Positions 57,509-64,000 of a stretch of DNA of 64,000 bases are shown here, piece by piece. The stretch is taken from assembly GCA_002269645.1 (NCBI GenBank), contig NIVC01000254.1:372001-436000 (forward strand), in the 5' to 3' direction. Below the pieces are notes generated by a model that had not been told where the DNA came from, made no database searches, and worked only from the letters and a program-made list of their open reading frames with translations. The stretch's first letter is position 1, and every line of letters starts with the position of its first letter. The stretch comes from Macrostomum lignano. Lineage: Eukaryota. Position numbers and translations under genes: made by a program.

Positions 57509-59843
57509 CTGGTGCAAACAGCGCTGAGTTTCGGACTGGTGGTTTAGATGTGACAAGCGCACCTGTGGCATCCCTCAGAATGGTGGCCGAAGCGCAAAGA
57601 GTGCCATGTCTAAATCTACCAATCGTAAAAATCGCCAATCGTCATTCTCTTCTCCCATGGCGTGAGGCAACAAAATCCAAAAATATTAATGTAACTTTTC
57701 AAATTTTTCGGGCTGCGAATTCGTTCAATTCATTCGAAATTTCCAAATTCATTCATTCGCCAAAAGCCCCTGATTCAATTTAAAATTAATTTAGCCGATC
57801 AGTTTCAGCGCTAGAAAGTGTGAAGTGGTAGACGAGCGGATTTGATTACAATCAGAATAGCTACCTGGTAACGGAGTGTGTGAAGAACTGCGAAAGTGAA
57901 TTTTCCGGACTCACTTTCTATTTCATGGTAATATGCTTTATTTCCCCTCCCTTTCTTTCTCTCGCCTAGCCTACAGCAGAACTGTGTGAGTGTTGAGGTG
58001 GACAGCCAGCCAGGTACGGAAGCCTCATCACGCAAGCACAGGGAAGCTGGAAGCGAAGCATTTCTTTCCTTTGTCCTACCTCTTTCTTTTACTCGGGGGA
58101 GTGTAACAGTCGCTCTCCCTGATCGCTCAGTTAATCCTAGAAATGCGTAGAGACCGGAGCGTGTTTTGTTTGTCCATTAGAATGAACAGCTATCAAGGGC
58201 TATGGGGAACTCGCTATATATGCATAGTAAGGGAAGCAGTAGTCATGGCCTTGGAAACATTGGGGGATACCAAAGTCTCGCAGGAATGGGAATAGCGGTG
58301 TGATTGTATCTCTGTAGGGTATCAGTGTGACTCAAAAATCTCGGGCTAAAAAAAGTGTCACCTCCTATGGAATACCTGCGATCAGCCCGGACCTGAATTC
58401 TGCGGTAACCCCTGGTGCCTTCATGGCTGGGATTCGATCCCAACGTGTCTGCTGACTCTCCCCACTGTATTGCAGACCCGGTAGTAACTGCTTTGGTTGC
58501 ATTTGGGCTGGTGCAGTGGCTGGAAATAGTAGATCCCATAGTATCCTATTGATAGTGGAGTTCAGTGAGTATTGGAATGGTGTACTGGAAGTCTGGTGGC
58601 CCCCAGTGATCTCGTAATGTTTCCTGCTGCATTCTCCTCCTTTAGTAATTCCTCCCCCCTGCTGTCAGTCTGATAGGGGAGGTGGGTGTGCCAATCAGCC
58701 CGACCCGGTAGAACGGCGCTCCTGCCCGACTTGTCAGCCTGGCCCAGGAAGGCGCTATTGCGCAACTCTTTTCCCCTCTGGCCACTGCAGCCCACTAAGC
58801 GCTTAGACGCAGGGTTGCATGCAGTCCCCTAATGTAAAGCCCCGGTACATAGAGTGCCACCCCAGTGCCCCGCAAGGTCAATAAGACGGGTTGACGTCTC
58901 TGGCAACTTGGAATAACCTAGATGGAGGTACCGCTGTCTCCTGGTAGAACCGGGCGTTCAAGTACAGTAAAGTGGAGAGGCTGACAACTGTAGGACTGTC
59001 TCCGCCATCAGATAAAGGTCCCAAGTATGCTATTTCGAGCTGCAGCAAAGGTGGAGTATCGGAGGGGCAAGCATTTCAGGAAGATACTCACTTAGGTCTG
59101 TTTATCCTAGGAAAGCGGGCGAGAGTTTCAGGCTTGTAATCCGCCTAACCTGAAAACTTCGGGGACAGTTTAGTCTGGACTCCCGCTGCGCGCCTTCGCT
59201 CTGAACAGAAGGGGGAGGTCTTGGTTTTTGTGGATTCTGCTAGACGTAGGGGAGCTGGATTCCCGCCTTTTGTGAAGCTGCGTGTACAAGATTGGTAGTC
59301 CTGAGGTGGAAGCCCCACTGGACTCCGACGGTTTTCCGGCTGTGCAAGGGCAGTAAAGTGGGAGGACCTCCATGGGGATTGCTCCCGCCACTTGGGTTTT
59401 TGGGTCCAGGCGCCAACGCTTCTTCGTAGTAGCTTTCTTAAGGAAATGGGGTCCGGCGCGCAACCCTAGGGGAGAATTTGTACAGGTGCCGTAAGTCCGT
59501 TTACGGTCGGCATTTGGGTTCCCTAGCATGGCCGCAAAATGAAGGTCAAGTCTCTCTGAATAGCCAATTTTTCCCTGTCAGGATGTGCCATAGACAACTG
59601 GTAGTGGTAGCCGCAGTTTGAGTCAGTGTGCTTTGCCGAGTGAAGCCGTTAGGACTGCCTAAATGGAATTATGTGGAGCCACCCGTTTTTCAATTTGTTT
59701 TCTTCGACGCCGCAAGTGTGTGAGTTTTGTCTGTGTTGTGTGTGTGTTTCGGATCAACTTTTCGGTCTTTACCTGTAGTTGCCCCGGTTTTCTTTTCTTT
59801 TCCTTCCCGGTAGTGGGTACTCCCCCAGCTATCCGGCATTCAC

Positions 59844-61289
59844 ATGTCACGGGCGCGTGGAGATAGGGTCGTAGAAGCTGTGTGCGCAGACGCCCCTGGT
59901 CAACCACCCTCGGCCGCTGACACCCCAGCAGTTGCCGCCCCCGCAGCCGCAATGGCCGCAGCCGCTGGTAACCAGGTCCCTCAGCCTCCAGAAGCAGTAG
60001 TAGTTGAGGAACCAGATGAAGGAGTAGCAGCTCCCGCTCCCAATCAGGGTGGCGCAGCAGCCGCCGCTGCTCCCCCGGACGCAGCCCAGAATCCTCCTCA
60101 GGCAGTCCCGCAGCTAGGAGACTTAGTTGCCGCTATAGCCAATGCGTTTAACCAGCTAAACATGGGCCAAGACGCCCAGAGGCCGAAAATCTACGTAGAA
60201 AAGTTCTCTCCCGGCGAACACTGTTTTGTGCAATGGGTAGAGAGAATGATCTACAAGCTGGACGCGGAGAGAACTGTAGGAGATCAGGCTAGGAAGCAGG
60301 TGCTCATCTCGCACCTCCCAGGTGAATTTCAGAACTTAGCCTTAGGATTGGACGGGCAATTGCCCTTTGAGCAGTTCGTATCTAGATTAGGAGAGCAGTT
60401 GGGCGAGGCCAACACTGATCTGGCTAAGAGAAATAAGCTGAAGAATCTGAGCCAGAAACCCGGCCAATCACATAGTGCTTTTGCTGCTATGATAAGATCT
60501 CAGATAACGGCCATGTTTCCTCAGATTCAGGGTGAGCAGAGAGAACAAGAAATCGTGTACACCTACTTGGAACACGCTAAGCTCCCCCGCCAGGTCAGAC
60601 AAGATCTGTTGAGCCGTCGCTGGCAGACAATTGAGCAGGTGTTAGAACAGCAGCAAGCCCTGTTAGAAGCCGCAGACTTAGCCGGGAAATGGGACAGTAG
60701 TGGCCCGCCCAGGTCTGAGTCCCGCACCGAAGTCCGTCTGCAACCTCAGCAGCCACCCAGGCCCCCTCGCAAGTGGGTCAGGATGGTGAACCAGGAAGCT
60801 GACGAGACGGAGGAGGACGGTGACGGCCTATCAGAGATGCAAGAGAGGTTGGGCGCGCTAGAGCAAACGCAAAAGGATCTGCGCAACCAGCTGGTGCAGC
60901 TCAATGAAACTATGAAGGCGACAGCAGAGTCTGTTGCCCAGCTGCCCCAGCAGATGAGGCCCCCTCGCCCCGCCACTCCCAACAGGAACTGGAGGCAGGG
61001 GCAGGGCGGCTCTAATAGCAGTAGGAACTGGCGCCAACCCCAGCCCCCGCCGCTTGCAATTCAGGAGGCGCCCACGCCGCCGGCGCCGGGTGTGCAGCAG
61101 CAGCAATTGCAGCTTCGTGCGCCACCTGATCGCCATAGGCAAGATTTAGAGGAGTGGGGCAGAGATATGTTAGACGAGGCTACCAGGGAGAGGCAGGAGA
61201 GGCTCGCCCAGCTGCGCGCGCAAGCTCTGATGCCTCCTCCTTCCACGCCTGAAGAGCCCCCGGGTTCGGGAAACCCGTGGGAGGGCTGA
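59844..61289 (+). CDS. gag: Ty3/gypsy-type Gag (capsid) protein, 481 aa
   Basis: A/P/E-rich N-terminus, then capsid-like KFSPG..FVQWVERM and LKNLSQKPGQSHSAFAAMIR (retrotransposon gag QxxxxSxxxF motif), a coiled coil, RNWRQ repeats, and an end in SGNPWEG. No CCHC knuckle. Confidence 0.85.
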   Translation: MSRARGDRVVEAVCADAPGQPPSAADTPAVAAPAAAMAAAAGNQVPQPPEAVVVEEPDEGVAAPAPNQGGAAAAAAPPDAAQNPPQAVPQLGDLVAAIANAFNQLNMGQDAQRPKIYVEKFSPGEHCFVQWVERMIYKLDAERTVGDQARKQVLISHLPGEFQNLALGLDGQLPFEQFVSRLGEQLGEANTDLAKRNKLKNLSQKPGQSHSAFAAMIRSQITAMFPQIQGEQREQEIVYTYLEHAKLPRQVRQDLLSRRWQTIEQVLEQQQALLEAADLAGKWDSSGPPRSESRTEVRLQPQQPPRPPRKWVRMVNQEADETEEDGDGLSEMQERLGALEQTQKDLRNQLVQLNETMKATAESVAQLPQQMRPPRPATPNRNWRQGQGGSNSSRNWRQPQPPPLAIQEAPTPPAPGVQQQQLQLRAPPDRHRQDLEEWGRDMLDEATRERQERLAQLRAQALMPPPSTPEEPPGSGNPWEG

Positions 61290-61330
61290 ATGGCCCGGCC
61301 CGAACTCAGCCCCGTTCCCTCTCTAGGGCC
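61268..61330 (+). other. Predicted -1 ribosomal frameshift signal (G GGA AAC plus downstream stem/pseudoknot)
   Basis: Heptamer at 61268-61274 in the gag frame. Stem GGGCTGA 61283-61289 / TCAGCCC 61306-61312. Loop GGCCC can pair with GGGCC 61326-61330. Confidence 0.65.
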
Positions 61331-61410
61331 CAGCTTAACCTGCCACGTCCGCCCAGCAAGAAGTTTAGATTTGAGAAGGTACCCGATTTCTATCAGCCAA
61401 GACCAGCTGA

Positions 61411-61791
61411 GGACAACGCGGGAGAGATATTGTTGTAGAGTTGCCAATTGAGAATGTTCCCACCCGCCTCCTGGTAGATGGGGGCAGTGCGCTGTCTTTG
61501 CTAACAGTCAAAGACTTTACTAAAATTACCGGACAGAGTGTGGAGGCCCTGGAGCCCCCATGTGTGAAGGCCGTGTCCTACACGGGCAATGAATTAGAGA
61601 TGCTAGGCCAGGCCACCCTCACAGCAGTTATTGGGCTAGAAGAGGTGAGAATCCTCTTTCTGGTCGTTGGCAATTCAGCAGCAGTTTCCCTCCTGGGTAG
61701 TGCTTTTCTAGCCAGTACGCATGCTATCATAGACTATCGAACAGAAAAGGTTTACTTGCTAGGTGTGAGTCTCCCATTCGACCCCCGCTGA
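61411..61791 (+). CDS. Retropepsin-like aspartic protease of the retroelement; its link to gag is broken by an apparent 2-bp slip
   Basis: LPIENVPTRLLVDGGSALSLL (active-site D-G-G) ... LLGSAFLASTHAIIDY, ending in TGA at 61789-61791. Confidence 0.85.
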   Translation, partial: GQRGRDIVVELPIENVPTRLLVDGGSALSLLTVKDFTKITGQSVEALEPPCVKAVSYTGNELEMLGQATLTAVIGLEEVRILFLVVGNSAAVSLLGSAFLASTHAIIDYRTEKVYLLGVSLPFDPR

Positions 61792-63499
61792 GTAACAGAT
61801 CGGTAGCTAGCCAGTGATTGCTTAATTCCCCCCCCCGATTCGCGTGTCGAAATTTTGCTCGTGTTGCCCCGTTGGAGACCGCTTTTCGCGTATTTACGTA
61901 TGCCCTCTATTACTCGAATTTATGTTGTGACCTCGTGCTCGTTGGTGTTGTTTAAATATCTAAGATTTTAGCTCGAAAATTAGGCCCGTACAGTATGCGT
62001 TAATTCCCTATCAGTAAATATTAACTTGGAAACTAGTAAAATTTCTATGGGTCTGCTCCACAGGAGGTCCTGCCCCGCTGTTTAAGATTTTCTGGGAACA
62101 ATGGAAGTCTGGGACCGTAGGAAATTAGCACCTTTAGGTCTGATTTCGTGTGTTTGTTCACACTTTGTGAAAGTCCGATTTTGGGAAACTTTTAATTGGT
62201 TTCGATGAGGCAATAGGGGGGGGCCTTCAATGTAATTAAGTTTATCAGGCAAATGGGGCAGCAATTAGTTTAGAGTAGGCCAGTGGTTTAGTCAATGTAA
62301 AGTCAGGTAAGTAATTAAAGTCAAGTTATGGGGACAGATAGTTCAGAATTAGTAAGTAAGCATTAAGAACCACCAGCATCAGCAGTTGGGAAGCCGCAGA
62401 AATAGCTCCAAGAGCAGTAGCCAGTGCATTGTGAGACCGGCTATTAGGGCCGTCGACAGCACGACCAAATGCCAGGAGCCGTCGGTCTCCACCACAGGGG
62501 TTGGCAAGGGCTGTGGAGCGGCAGCCACGGGCGTCACCGCGGCGACCGGCGGCGGAGCGTGCGCTCGGGCTGACAACGGCGGTGGTACCGGATGCCAACC
62601 GGCCCCGGACGCTGGTTCGCTGGCGGCCCGGCGGTCGCATGGCCCGGGAGCCGCGGCGCCTATGCACCAGATGGCGCAGCCGGCCCAGAATCAGGGGGGC
62701 GTCCGGCTCTGAATGGCTGTCTTCGGGCGCTTCGTAGTCGGACTCCTCTTCAAGGATGGGCTCGGCTACTAGCGGCCGGAATCCTGAAAATGAGAATTTA
62801 AGGGATGAAATAGAAGTAGGGAACTAGCCGGGTATTAGGATGTAGATAGATGGGGATTTTAACTTTATGGCGTGTGGTAGTGGCCTTCCTGGGGGTTTCT
62901 TCCTTTCTTCATTCCCTCTCCTTCCTTGAGCTCTAGGTGATCAAGTAGTGGTAGCCTTCTTCCCCGCCTTCTTTTAATGATACACCTCTAAGTGATGGCA
63001 GTTTTTCGTCTTCCTCTCCTCTGGTAGAAGGGCAATTGGTGGCAGTTTTCCCTAGCAACCTCTCTCAAAATGGTGGCTGATCCTCCTTTTCTTTTCTTTG
63101 GTAATGCGCCAAGATGGTGGTAGGTTCCCCTTTCTCTTTTATAATAGTACATCAAACTGGTGGCAGTCAAATTAATGATTAATTCCTCTTTCGAATTCTT
63201 TCGGCTGTTAAGTTTATGAGGGTCTCGGAGGCATGGATGAGAACTGCGTGCGCGTGGCGTTGAAGGAAGAAATCGAAGGGAGTTGGGCCGCATCATCATT
63301 TATCCTCCGGAGTCTAATCTCCCAAATCCCTCTTCTATTCATATTAACCAAATTAATTTGTGTGCCTGATCTGAATGTGTGCATGTGAGGTGGGAGTGCG
63401 ATCTCTGTCGGCTGGAGTACGGATCTGCCGCGGGCGCGACCGGAGGTGGTCTCGGGTCTGCCCCCTGCTCACAGGTGAGGAAACAGGAAGCGGCGGAAC

Positions 63500-63650
63500 C
63501 AGCCAATCAGAGCGCACGGAGACTAGAGCGAGCGGTCCCAAGCCAACGGCGACCCCGGCCGCAGCAGGTGTGCCTCCCAATGTGCTCAACCAATGGGAAG
63601 CCAGCCCCGGCACTATAAGAAGACCCACGCCTGCCAGAGCTGGAAATCAT
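63500..63650 (+). promoter_or_regulatory. CCAAT/TATA promoter-like cluster
   Basis: AGCCAATCAG at about 63501, further CCAAT motifs at about 63577 and 63590, TATAAGAA at about 63613. Confidence 0.55.
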
Positions 63651-63712
63651 CAATCAGAGAAATCATTCTGTCCTTCAATCGCTGAAGCATTCTATGAACT
63701 ATCCAGCTTGAC

Positions 63713-64000
63713 ATGGACACGAAGCCTACCATCAATCGAATTCAGCTATGCTCCAGCTTACCGTCTGAGCGTCCTGCCAGCCCAGTTAGCCGAAAGCGGC
63801 CCCGTGACGCCATCCAAGAGGCGGAGGACGGCCCCGAGCCGCCAGCGGCGGCCTCCGCCAGGGTCGAAGAAGGTGACGAGACAATCGACCCGGCCAATGC
63901 TGGGGGCGACACCGCGGACATTTCGGACATGGCGGCCGAATTCGGCGAGGCGGCCCGCCGCCTGCGTGATGTTCTGCCCAACAGCCGCCGAAGTGTGGAC
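63713..64000 (+). CDS. 5' end of an ORF of unknown function, truncated by the window end (96 aa visible)
   Basis: ATG at 63713 downstream of the promoter, open to 64000: MDTKPTINRIQLCSSLPSERPASPVSRKRPRDAIQEAEDGPEPPAAASARVEEGDETIDPANAGGDTADISDMAAEFGEAARRLRDVLPNSRRSVD. GC-rich codons and an NLS-like RKRPR. Confidence 0.55.
   Translation, partial: MDTKPTINRIQLCSSLPSERPASPVSRKRPRDAIQEAEDGPEPPAAASARVEEGDETIDPANAGGDTADISDMAAEFGEAARRLRDVLPNSRRSVD

Larger units (their letters stand above)
55274..61791 (+). mobile_element. Ty3/gypsy-type LTR retroelement (LTR, PBS, long leader, gag, protease; no RT/RNase H/integrase seen in the window)
   Basis: LTR with TGTAACC...GGTTACA ends, tRNA-Leu PBS, retrotransposon gag and an aspartic protease LVDGGS. 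The 3' boundary is not visible. Confidence 0.85.

Noticed and set aside
55162-57547. ORFs of 60-149 aa inside the LTR
   Set aside because: Overlapping, compositionally biased and without domains; expected by chance in GC/pyrimidine-rich LTR sequence.
62231-63151. Candidate 3' LTR of the 55274 element
   Set aside because: No sequence similarity to 55274-57484, so it cannot be the partner LTR; kept only as a possible nested element.

Overview
Eukaryotic (animal) genomic DNA. It is probably from a free-living flatworm such as Macrostomum; this is an inference from the minisatellite-filled introns and gene style, not from a database match. Five host genes can be built by hand with consistent GT-AG phases: a secreted PAN/apple + F-type lectin (minus, 753-2802), an intronless peptide-type class A GPCR (minus, 17195-18415), TMEM184B (minus, 21790-30253), TMEM209 (plus, 31907-41825, head-to-head with TMEM184B), and a GlyT2-like SLC6 transporter (plus, about 44274-54648). 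The SLC6 gene carries a 4-bp duplication frameshift at 51946-51953. Almost every long intron and intergenic gap holds its own minisatellite (12-80 bp units), which explains most of the long ORFs in the supplied track. TMEM209 intron 1 holds a foldback-like element with 161-bp modular inverted arms. The last 9 kb is an unusual Ty3/gypsy-type LTR retroelement. It has a 2.2-kb LTR, a tRNA-Leu PBS, a long leader that may be spliced, gag, a GGGAAAC -1 frameshift site with a predicted pseudoknot, and a protease that ends in a stop codon. No RT, RNase H or integrase follows within the window. After the protease come an antisense ORF and a second promoter driving an ORF that runs off the window end. 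No CRISPR, rRNA or tRNA genes were seen. Repeat boundaries are approximate.
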